DNA of 53,884 nt, the filler included, from Catajapyx aquilonaris (taxonomy: Eukaryota): assembly GCA_000934665.2 (NCBI GenBank). It is 2 parts of 2 records of this genome, joined end to end, with 100 filler letters (N's around TTAATTAATTAA, not from the genome) between each part and the next. Parts side by side here need not be neighbours in the genome. Positions count along the whole stretch, not along the records: positions 27,065 to 53,884 come from KZ539294.1; 1 more part is not named here. One strand, written 5' to 3'. Made by a program: the position numbers and the translations under genes. Every line of letters begins with the position of its first letter. The stretch's first letter is position 1. A model generated the notes under the pieces. That model had not been told where the DNA came from, made no database searches, and saw nothing but the letters and a program-made list of their open reading frames with translations. Shown here in pieces: positions 34,408 to 45,900 of the stretch.

Positions 34408-35238
34408 AATCATAATTTAATATTGCAGGTTAATAAGTGCACTGTTGCGACATTCCTTTCATTTTTGGTACATGGCGGTACATGGCATGAGGATGAGTGT
34501 GAACCACGGTGTGAACGTACACTACTGTATGCTACGTACTATCGACGAAATATATAGTTGCGAACACTTTCACATACATATATTATGAGAAAGTGTTCTT
34601 AACGGTATGTGCCATAAAGTCTCTAATAATATTTTGCCGGTGCGATGGTAAACAAGGAGACCTACTACCATAGCTGTAAGAAAGCAGACTGATGAAGTGC
34701 CAGGGCGTACCCGTGACAGCGCCTTTCCGAAGTAGCTAATATAACGCTTTCGCCCTGTATCTACGCAATGGAAAGCTTGGAAATAAGCTCTCTCAGGCTA
34801 GTGGCGCCTCGCATGAAGGAAATTGTGATATTGCGTGGATTTTGAAATGTGGATGTATTGTGGAGGAAAGTCGGGACTGTCATCTGCCCGCATTAAAACT
34901 AAACTTTCTACCGTTCTCATGTTTTGAAATGGGACTGAGAATGATTTATTAACTGTATCTCTGCAGCAATAAGATGAGTCGAAGAAACCCGATTTTCGGG
35001 AATAGCATTTGAAACATTCTCAAATAATTATTATAAATGCTGCACAAAGCCTGCCATTTCATAGATACAACAAATCTATTCATTATCGTGGCCTTGAACT
35101 TTCATGTGTACACTGCTTTTACACTAAATAATTTCCCATCAATATAGAATATATACAGAGAGCGCTGCCCCAACATAGTATGCAGTCAATACAGTTACAG
35201 TGTGCTACAACTGTAATATCAGTAATGGTTAGTGCATA

Positions 35239-35435
35239 CAATGTAAACCGCATTAAAAGAGCATCACTAGTGAGTCTCCAATAAAGCATCAATTTTTAAT
35301 GCTCTAGTGATGCCCTTGTGATTTTTTTTTGCTAAAAGCGTCACTAACTAGTGCATTACAATAGCATTAAAAATTGATGCTTTAAGGCGGGAGACTCACT
35401 AGTGATGCTCTTTTAATGGTTTGCGGTTTACAATG
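35239..35435. mobile_element. MITE with CA(A/C)TGTAAAC termini; partial second copy at 35857-35996
   Basis: Long imperfect TIRs, TA on both flanks. Confidence 0.7.
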
Positions 35436-36730
35436 TAGTCAGCATCTTCTGGGTATAAACTGATTGATATTTCGAACATTTCGTGATATTTCCGGTCTAA
35501 GTCATGATTTCCCATTAAATTTATACTTGAAGATGCTGCCGTCAAAAATGGGAATTAAGATTTTTACGAATTTTAGGAGTTGGCCTCTGCCCCGCTCAAA
35601 AAGTGGTTACAGGGTCATTTTGAGCAGGTAACTTTAGGTGCATTTTTCATCCCTTGGGGTGGGCTACCCATGTACCGAATTTCAAGAAAATCGGTGAGTG
35701 GCACTTCGAAAGTGTCCATTGAGTTCGAGAGGCCATTACTTTCGACCTTGTATCGTTCCGCATAAACGGTTTGCATTTTGTTTAATAACTTGCCTGCCTA
35801 TATTATTGTGCCAAGTTTCATTCGGCAACTTCATTTACAACACTTACAGTTCCCTTGTGAGTCTCCCATGGAGCATAAACTTTTTATGCTCTTGTGATGC
35901 TTTTTTGCAACAAAAAAGCATCACAAGAGCATTAAAATTTGACGCTCCATGGGAGACTCACCAGTGATACTCTTTTAATGTTTTGCAGTTTACAGTAATG
36001 ATAGCTAATTATTATATCTGTGGCTACTATGGGTTAGTGATCTTATGGCACTATGCTGCTTATTATGATGCAATACTTTGGAATAGTGACCTTCAGTGGT
36101 TATGAAAATAATTAGTTGCTATACTGCTAACACACCCCCAACGTTCCCGTTGTGGATGCAAATTACATTGTGGCTAATGTACTGTACCTCCAAAACAAAG
36201 CCAATTGGAGGAAGACATGACTTGTTCCACCATTGATGCGGCCTGGGATTCCCACATGAATGTACAGAACCTGTATCTGTCATCACTCATCACATACACC
36301 AAGCAATATTATTCTGTAAATTGTTTGCAGCAACAGTAGTCAACTGCATGTTGTTTAGGAGGGCCTACAGTACGGTATTTCAATGAATGTCCCATCGATT
36401 GCTACCAGATATTGGGGGAAGCCCATTATCTCAAATCCTTGAATTATACCTCAGGTCTAATCATCACTGTGAATGCTTAACCACCTGGGACTTCCTGAGA
36501 TGCAAAAGTTAATCAAAATATGGCCAACAGTTGACTTTCCTATAAGCTAAAAACATTTCCAATTGTCCATAGGCTAAGCTCATACAAGGAGGAAGGAGCA
36601 CAAGGAGTACAAACCAATAGCCACCTTTTTTTTTGCAGTGGGATGGACTTACCTAAACGTAGTGTCTACTTGGTGGAGTAGGGCACAAGGGACTGATACA
36701 AATAGTCATGGTTAAAAAATAATAATCTGA

Positions 36731-37444
36731 CAGGGTGTAACAAGACCCCATGCAGAAATTTTAAAGGTGGGTATAGGGGACTCCAAAACAAACATTTTTT
36801 TACCAATGAACCCACCATCTAAAATAATCACAAATTCACTTAAATCGATTACTGCGGTTAGTGTCTATAGTAACAGTTAAGGCCATTTCACAAAAAAAAA
36901 ACGCGCGGCAAACGGCGCGCGTTGCGGCATATTTATTATTTATATTTATTATTGCCAATAATTAATAACAATTGTCGGGGCAGGCGTTTGCCGCTTGACG
37001 CTGCCGCAAAATCTTTTTGTGTTTTGGCCTTTATGTGGTTGCTGAACGTTACTCTACAGTAGCGTGTTGTCATGGTAGTGATGACATGTTATTGTCAGTA
37101 AAAACGTTAGGCTGTGTGTGCAAGTGGCTGGAGGACACTTCTAGCAGCTCCTTTGATTACAAGTTTGTGTTAGGTGCAATTAATGGTAGGTTTCATGTCA
37201 GCAGCGTTCATTGATTTGTGGTGGTGACGACTTTTTACAGTGCTGTACTAAATTGTTAACACTACCATGACAACGCTACTGTAGAGGAGCAACAACCACA
37301 TAACTGTTACTACTGGCACTAACCAGTTATCTATTTAACTGAATTTGATGATTTTTTTAGAGGGTGGGTTCATTGGTCAAAAATGTTTGTTTTGACCAAT
37401 GAACCCACCCTAAAAATTTCTGCATGTGGTCTTGTTACACCCTG
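36731..37444. mobile_element. Tc1/mariner-type long-TIR MITE
   Basis: CAGGGTGTAACAAGACC...GGTCTTGTTACACCCTG-TA; imperfect arms of about 200 bp. Confidence 0.8.
36880..37030. mobile_element. Nested PIF/Harbinger-like MITE
   Basis: AGGCC...GGCCT termini with TTA TSD; interrupts the left arm of the host MITE. Confidence 0.75.
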
Positions 37445-38083
37445 TATTTTAAAGATATTAGCAAGCAGCACGGATTAGGTGGGCGCATAAGGTACCGTAT
37501 TGCTAATGTTTCTTTGGGTGCAAGTCGCGTTATGATCGGGGGGAAAAAAAACTGCACCAAAATGCTGCACTTATTCCCGAAATACTTATAAGTTATAATC
37601 ATTTCATACTAGTCTTGCACAATGGACAAATGGTCAAATGCGCAGAAGTAGTAAACAATAAATATAAAGGGAACCAGAAGAGACTGCGGGGATTAGGTGG
37701 GATTTTTATAATTTCGCAACAGTAACTTGAATGGACCCTGTAAAATATTAATGTAATGTAACTGACGCAACATGAATATAGGGCAGTATCTCTTTTGGGG
37801 GGTGCTGTAAACCTGTAATGACGTGAAACTCTGTGGGATGAATGTGTTTAGAAGTAATGTAACAACTGATATGCAATAATCTACTACTCCTCGGGAGCAA
37901 TTTTGTGGTTACTTTAATAGATCACGCCTGTTCGTATTCATATTTTCAGGAGAAATTAGGATTAATGTAACTGACGCAACAAACCTTGCGAAGTTGCGTC
38001 AGTTACGACTATTATATCTCTCGACTATCCCATGGGTCTGCTGCTATCTGGTATAGCTGTTTGTTTCTTTTTAAGGTGTCGTG

Positions 38084-38547
38084 CAGCGTTTCTCAACCGA
38101 GGTTCCGCGAGCAATCGCCAGGGTTTCACTATAAATTGTGATGAATTTAAGCTAATCACAGTCATGTAAATGTGTTTTTGAGCCACTAATTGATATAAAA
38201 TCATTTTTATACAGGGGTTCCCTAAGACTTTATTTTTTATTTTTTATTTTTTTTTAGATACCCCGTGCTAGGGCCGGAAGGCCCTCTTTTAGGGGAGGGT
38301 AGGTAGTAGGAGGGGATGAGAAAAGTGCAAGTGCAATGTCGTAGCTTGGTCATTTTGTGAACTCCACTGGGTGGATAAGTCTAGCGGAAATTTCCACCCG
38401 AGACGAAGCCAGAGATGGCCCATCTCTGCACGAGATGAAGGGGGGGGGGNNNNNNNGAGAGAGAGAGAGAGAGAGAGAGAGAGAACCCAGGGAGACATGA
38501 ATATTATTTCAAGGGTTCCGCAAGGGTAAAAAGGTTGAGAAACACTG
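38084..38547. mobile_element. hAT MITE with nested SINE C (about 38228-38490, minus strand)
   Basis: TIR CAGCGTTTCTCAACC / GGTTGAGAAACACTG; 8-bp TSD GTGTCGTG / GTGTAGTG. Confidence 0.8.
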
Positions 38548-39629
38548 GTGTAGTGTGTGATTCTCGTGCATGTCAATGTCATACTCCCTATAATTATTAT
38601 TTTTAATTTCCCAGTGTTATGTATTTCGTAAATCAGTCTGTTATAACCTAGGTCTGGTAATTCCAACCCGCCACTGTTGCACCTAATATACACAGTTTTC
38701 TGTTTTCCATTTGCCTGTAATGCCTGTAGGCCTACTGATTTATGAAACTATCCACAATATGCGAAATTAGCTCATCCGTAAATTACGCAGGATCCAAAAA
38801 AATCCGTAATTTTTCCTGTCGTCTTTTTATCAGAAAAAGGATGACTTTGACCTTTTCGGCAAGTGTTTGATTAGTGACAGGTGGGAAAATCACAACCTCT
38901 CCAGTATGCAGAGGAGTATGGAGTGCTTTCCTCGCGTGGGAAGTAGACGCCGAGTAATCGAAAACAGCATATATTCCCACCGAAGGACCAAGAAGTTGTC
39001 TGTTATAGCCGAGGTGAGGTGAAAAATGAGTATGCTGTATCCGGAGTAAAATATATGCACCCTGTATACAATATATTACACTTAGCCTACAATTAACTCA
39101 TCAAAAACGGCCACTCCTTTTTTAAATAAAGCGGTTTTAACTATGATTGCTATATCCCACTCACATAACAAAGCAACATGTGACTGTGTGAATATAGGCC
39201 CTATAGTATAAGAACTATCACCTTTAGATGTCTGCAAATATGCCATGAATAGGCTACTTTTCATATTGCGTCGGTGAGGGCAACTCCTCCCGCTGAGTAC
39301 GGCCTACAGAATTGGGAGTGGTGTCTAAATTTAGATCACGTTTTCTATATTTGCAATAAACTTTTTTTTTTGAAATGGTGCCGAGGAACTTGGTAATAAA
39401 GCTCAAAAGAAGGGGAAAGCGCAAAAAAAAACACAAAAACAACGACCACGGAGTTCCCCTTTCTGCCGTTACTTGGTGGCGTTACCTGCTCGGTGCGGCT
39501 TTACTTCAGCGCATATATCACCGTCGGATGTAGCGGTGCGCGTCTCTCGCTCTCCCCACACCCCTTCCACCCTCCACTTTCGCATTTTTGCCTAATTTTT
39601 TTGCCTAATTTTGGCAACTGGACCCTAGT

Positions 39630-40520
39630 ATCATAATTATATGGCAATATGACTCCTTCACACGTGCTGAAAAATCAGTGGGGATTGTCGGATTGTCATT
39701 TCCAATATGAAGGAGGACGGACTTTGAAGAATTCATTTTAAAAGTCCTCCACCTCTGAATATTATGCCGAACATTGTCCTAATGCATCTCATAAACTATA
39801 GAGAGTCCACATCATTGGAGGAGACAAAGTCACCTTGCATTTAAATTCCATATATGCATGTAACGGAATGAACATATTTTAGTACCTTTTGCAATCAGGA
39901 GATTCCAGACTGTAACTTTTACCCCATCAACTCTGCATGCATTTTAGACAAATTAACATAACGAACCAGATTGTTCAGATCTGCCTTGTTAATTTTGTGA
40001 GGTTCTGTTATAGATCCTAGAAAATGTGGAACCTTCTCTTCCTAATCACCTCCTTGGTCAGTCTGGAACTCTGTGCCATCAACGTCTTCTTCTTAATCTA
40101 AACTCCATAGTGCTTGTGGTGGCACTGGAACTGGTACTTTCACTGTGAGGAACCGACATGATGACTAAAGGAATATTAGGATATTTAAATTGATTGTGAT
40201 TCCACTGACAGTCAGTTTGAGTTCGTTCTTTTCCTTCTCCTTTGTTGCTTGGTCATGATTACTATAGTGGGGCGGTGATGAAAGCCTGATCCCAACTATA
40301 TGAATCAGAAAATCTAGGCATAGGTACCCTTTGCATAGCCCTTCGTCTGCCAAAAATTATATGGGCATGGTGAACAAGTTAGTGCAGTGACTGTCCAAAC
40401 ACCTAGCTCTCTTCCCCTTTACGGTGTGGTAAGCTCGGTCAAAGGATGGTGATAGAGCTATACCATGTTATATAAGATTATAATGATGAAGGCGAGATAC
40501 GCTTTTTTTCTTACACTTAA
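39630..40520 (-). pseudogene. Chapaev (CMC) transposase fossil
   Basis: Ordered remnants VRKKAYLAF; KYPNIPLVIMSVPHSE..PVPVPP; EPHKINKADLNNLVRYVNLSKMHAELMG..WNLL; WRTFKMNSSKSVLLHIGNDNPTIPL match remembered Chapaev3 transposase blocks; many stops and frameshifts. Confidence 0.8.
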
Positions 40521-41018
40521 AATTGAGCCAATTTTCAAATGACGTGTGGAATGAAGAAATAGAAGAGATGATGACGTTCTTCAAGAAAATGGCAGTTATC
40601 TCTCTGCAATGTCGTACTTGTAAATCTGGTAGCTTGTATTGAAGAGCACCATGGAACACATGCATAACTTGCCTGCATTGTACTCTAACCGCATAAGCCT
40701 GGTCAACCATGCCCCTGAACATTCGAGCTTCCTAAACTTCCGAGATTCCATCGACCTTCTCAGTCGCTCTGATTAATAACGCACACAACTAATCATGCTG
40801 CTATCGCAGACACTGCATCTATCAACACAGACATTAGATGTGTGATAACCCCATGAGAGAGTGAAATCAGTCAAGGTCACAATCATTATGTGACCATTAT
40901 TCTTGTCACTTATCTTCCGCTTCCTACGGTATAGCGTGAGCGTAACTAAATTAGACTCACCAGCTGCTATAGCCTTGTAGGCTGTATTCAAAATCTGTAT
41001 ACAAAACTTGACTATCTT

Positions 41019-41138
41019 TTTTTTTAAATAGATATACCCCGTGCTAGGGCCATAGGCCCTCTTAGGGGAGTGGGTTACCACTATCGTGTTGGGACAGGGT
41101 AGGGATAGGAGGGGGGGGGGCACTGGTGCATGTGCAAT
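41019..41138 (-). mobile_element. 5'-truncated SINE/LINE 3' end
   Basis: Shared 3' hairpin motif plus A tail; 16-bp TSD AAAACTTGACTATCTT at 41003-41018 and 41139-41154. Confidence 0.85.
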
Positions 41139-42963
41139 AAAACTTGACTATCTTGAAGTTATGCAATATGCTAAAGACGTGGGTCGGAACTCGTAAAACA
41201 ATAAGGAAGAATTTAACCACCTTCAGGGGGCGAACTATATGGGACAGGACAGGTCAGGTCAAACTAGGACCTTTGATATTGTACGGCAGTATAGTAGTTC
41301 AGTAGGAAAACAGACATATTGTATAATACCAGTAATCAAAAACCTGACGGATGCATTTCCTTCAGCCTACGTCATACTCGTTTGCGCTATACACTGTAAT
41401 TCATGTACCAGCTATGTCCTGCTTCCGAGCTAGTACACGTGGTCTTAACCAGTACATAGGTAGGACGCAACCGGTAAGGATCAGGCACTGTCATTCTACA
41501 GTATGTTTATATAATAACCGGTTGCATATAAATTAGGAACAGATTTTGGTCACACCTTTATTCGCTGGACGAAACTCATCCAAGCGCACCTCAAGTGAAA
41601 TTAGTGTGAGAATTAACGCCACGAGTTAATTCAGGCCTTTTATGCCACGAAGGTATACTTAGGCCCTACAGTACCGTTATTACAAAAACTGATACTTCAA
41701 AAACTCAAATGGAATAATTGCAAAGTAATACAAATATCCGAGTACAATATTTTCCTATGGGGGGAAAAAAAAGAAAGAGGAAAGAAAAAGAAGAAGCTTG
41801 CGAGTTCTAGTACCGTAGGCACATACGGGAATCAGACCGTTAAAATCAATTGATTCGGAAACGCAATCTCAGTGGGAGACCCCCGTCATGGACAAGCACA
41901 TCAGGCACAAATTTATAAGCTCGTCCATTGTAAGTAAGTTTATCTCATGTCCTTCAAAATGTTTATTAACTTATATGCAATCAATGAAGATGCCCCTAAT
42001 ATGATACAGTGTGAAATACGTGATGCCCGAGTAGCAATTGGCGCGTGGGAAAAGTTTACTGGGTAATTCCAAGGCTAGCCATGAGCTATAAAGCAGACTG
42101 GAACTTCCGAATCCACCGCATTTAACGCTTAGAAGCAGGACCGAGTGGAACGACCTCGCTGTACGGTCCAGCGTTGACTCTTTCCCAACATATAACCTCA
42201 CAGACATATCCATGTGTCAGAAGTTGTCCTTGTAAATAATGTGCGGACATTTCCAGGGGGTGAAAAACAGTGTCCGGAAGTGGGTCAAATAGTGCATAGG
42301 TGGGGGTCCGGCCTGTCGGAAAAAATCAGGAGAAGAGGGACGTCGACCACCTGTCAGGTATGTGTGATACTTTTTAGAGGATTAATTTTAGATAGAGGAA
42401 GTGGGACCGTTGCGTGTCCCACTAGGAAGAGAAATAACTGAAGTTTGCCCCGCAGGGATGCATAATACCGTAATATTGCGGATCATTTATATACAAGAGT
42501 GGAGAACAAAAAAAAAAGGGGGCGGCAAAATTAAGATCTTTATGTACAAAAAGTGAAACCTGTCAGTCTTAGCCAGTATAGTAGGTGCGTACATGTTTCA
42601 CACATGCATAAAGGCTGGACTGGCTGACCGGTGTTGTGTAGTTCGACAGTATCTGAAGTTGCTCGACACAATCTGATCGCGGTTGGTCACCGTCTGGAAC
42701 TTGAAGCTTCCGGTGCTGAGAGTTCGGTGAACTATGCCATGCACTTCATCATCTCTCATTAGGATATTACATCACGCGACTCTTGACCCCCCAACATGCT
42801 AAGATCACAGATCATGTAGGATCTAGATCAGAATGTCGATTCAAGGAGGTCGTTTCAAAGTCTACGTTATGTCAGTGTGTTATATGGCGATGTAATTTTT
42901 TACGCTCATTAATAACCACGTGAACATTTTTTTCTTCAGGTTGCACCATCTTCTAGAGGCATT

Positions 42964-45900
42964 ATGCAGACAACACCGTGGAGTTTACCAAACGCGTGGA
43001 AGAGGACGAACGGAATGCTGGCCTTGTGGATAGTCGCTATTTGTTCTATACTGAAAGAACTGTCAAGCAAGGTCTTCGGGAAATTCAGGAAACAACGGGG
43101 TGAGTATAGCGCTTTTTTTCGTTGTTCAGATTAGAAATGTTAGGTCTGGTCGCAGAGAAAGTGCCGCGGCCTACTTTGCACTTGCAATTTCTATTCCACA
43201 CTTTTCCTTTGGCTACATAGGTGTTGTGTTTATGCCACGCGCTCTTTTAACTTTCGCGAACCCTTCCAGAGTTGATTATAAATAAGGTGGTTGCGAAATT
43301 TCTATAGCATTGAAGCCCATGCAGGTGGGAAGTCTGACAAGGTCGCGAATGCATCAATTGAGTTGTTGCCTTGTTGGCATACCAGCGTACAATATTATTA
43401 GCGGATCTATTAATAACGGTTATAAAAAGGAAGAATTGGGCATTATGTTCGGCGTCACGGCATGAATTCCGAAATAGATGCTAAGAAGTATTTTGCATAT
43501 AGTTTTATGGTTGGAAGAGTTGCAAAGGTGGGAGAGGAAGAGGAAGTTATTACTTGAAAAACAGGAATTTCCCAGTACAGGGTGGTCCCCGCGCTATACT
43601 AACAGGTTCATATAGCTTTCTGATGAACAACTGACAGTGAGCCGTTTCGTTGCTTGTACTGTATTCGTTGCTTCTACGTGTCTATAACAGAAAATGCATG
43701 TGCTATTAACAGCTCATACGTAGTACACTATGAGAACTTTGTATTACTTTTTCTTTCATTTTCGTGATAATTATTTGTGTGCATGTGCATGCAGGGCTCG
43801 ATTTACGTAGATGAAAATGAAGGCAGTAAACATCGCATGTTTTCACCAAAAAATATCCCATGTTTATGTTGCAATAAAAACGTGATTCAACTATATAGGG
43901 GATATTTATTGTTTATGAAAACACATTTTTCTAGCGTAAAATAGTAAACACTGACTTCTACGGTATTTTTGACTTTTCAGAATTTCCCAGCCGAAATGGA
44001 CAAGTAGTGGTTCTGACTGGAGGAACTGGGGGTATCGGTGGTAGAATCTTGGCTCGTCTATTGCAATGCGACATGCGTGTCGTTCTAGGTGAGTCACATT
44101 TTGGTATGCTCATGCCGGAAAAGTCGTTTAGAATTTCTGCTGAAATGACCTACGGCTCATTTCGGATTCAAGGATCAAATCAGTTCTGGTGAATGTGGCA
44201 CAGGGTTGTCTGGTTTTCAAAGTTGGGGAAAAGGATCATGCACATTGAGCGACTCGGGGATTTTTCGCAGGCGACAAATTTCTAGTTCAAGTTTGTTTTA
44301 AAATATATACAGCACATTTTTCGTAGGATCATTGCCTTGGCCAAGTTTGGTGGGCTACTTGGTTTGCCATTTCTATAGTCAGCTCACAGTTATGTCTCAG
44401 AAACTTTATGGCCCACCTAGAGGACCTTTCGCCAATATCTGTACGGTTTACTAATTACTACCAAGTTTGGGCAAATGAGATGGAAGGGGGGAAATTTCAG
44501 GTAAAGTCCAACATCTTTTCGGATTTGGTTTAAAAATTATGTAGGTTTTTCCGAGAAATTACGAGTCTCAAGTGTGTTGCACAAAACCATGGGAAGATGA
44601 ACCATGCTACGAGGGAAATTAGCCCGGATTTTGCAAATTATGACTTTTTTTGGCAGGAAATGTCCAAAGCAAACAAAGAGATGAACATATCAAAAGAGGA
44701 AGAACGGGAGAATCCCAAGAGTGCAAGATAGTAGTGTTTAACCCAAATGCATTGTTCATATAGTCTTTTCATGTTCAATTTCATCTGGAATCTGAAACGA
44801 TCTGTCGAAATCAATTTCCTCACAATGATTATTATTGGTGTAATTTCGTATTATTTTGTTCACATGGGACGGACCTTCACATCCTTCCCGTTTTCCCAAT
44901 GCAATAGTAAAACTGTGGTTAGCAGAACCGGTAATAATTAATTAATGCTGAACATTGCTTTTTTTTGACAATTTTTGGTGACTATCGACCGCTATTTTAG
45001 AATAAATACCAAAAGTATTAGTTGGTAATATTTCATTGCGTGCCCATCCTTTTAAACGCATATGGTACCTATATGAGAAATATACAGGGTGTATCTGAAC
45101 TCAGTGCCCCGACGTATATGACTGCCTTCCTAGCCACCAGAGGATCGATTTAAGTATAGGAGTCATATGTCTGGGCAGCCTCATTACGGAGATAATTGGC
45201 CGCAAACATGTAATACAAAATATCCTGTCGGTTAGGCCACCCATCGTACCCTCCCCCAGTCAGAAGGCTCTGGAAGGTCTGGGGGCGGGACTTCGTTGGT
45301 TTGTTGCCCACAGGTGGTGAGGCCTCTTTGGCTAGTTACACCAGAAAATTCTATTTAAAAGTCAGAAGGAGCGATTAGGCAAAAATCGCTAAAGAGTGTA
45401 TCTCAGTAATGAGGCTGCCCAGACATATGACTCCTATACTTAAATCGATCCTCTGGTGGCTAGGAAGGCAGTCATATATGTCGGGGCACTGAGTTCAGAT
45501 ACACCCTGTATATTACAGCATCTTTCGGATTAGATAGAAGGTGCTTCAGGAAACATTTTTGTAGCCGTTTCTATATGAACTTATGTAAGTAATTAGGCGG
45601 TAAAATGAGTCTTGATGGCGTAATCTTCACCAGGATGAAGTTAAATTTTTCACATACATAAGGATATGCTGTCAGTAATGACAAGAAGATGGATTCGAAT
45701 TTCAGGTGTTCGAAGGCCAGAAGAAGCCATGAAAGTGGTGGAAAAAATTCGTCATGAAGGAATTGCATCCGGAACTGTGGAGTACCTTCCCTTGGACTTG
45801 GCTTCATTTGATTCCACACGCCAGTTTGCAATGACGGTGTTGCAAATCTGTCCTGCCATCAATTACATTATACATTGTGGTAAGTGGACACTGATTTACG

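Noticed and set aside
39485..39560. CpG-rich possible non-coding first exon on the minus strand (CAG|GTAACG)
   Set aside because: No way to link it to a gene from sequence alone.
40468..40780. Candidate missing 5' exon of DTWD1
   Set aside because: No CxxC...FCYxC motif in the frames I translated; adjacent to the Chapaev fossil.
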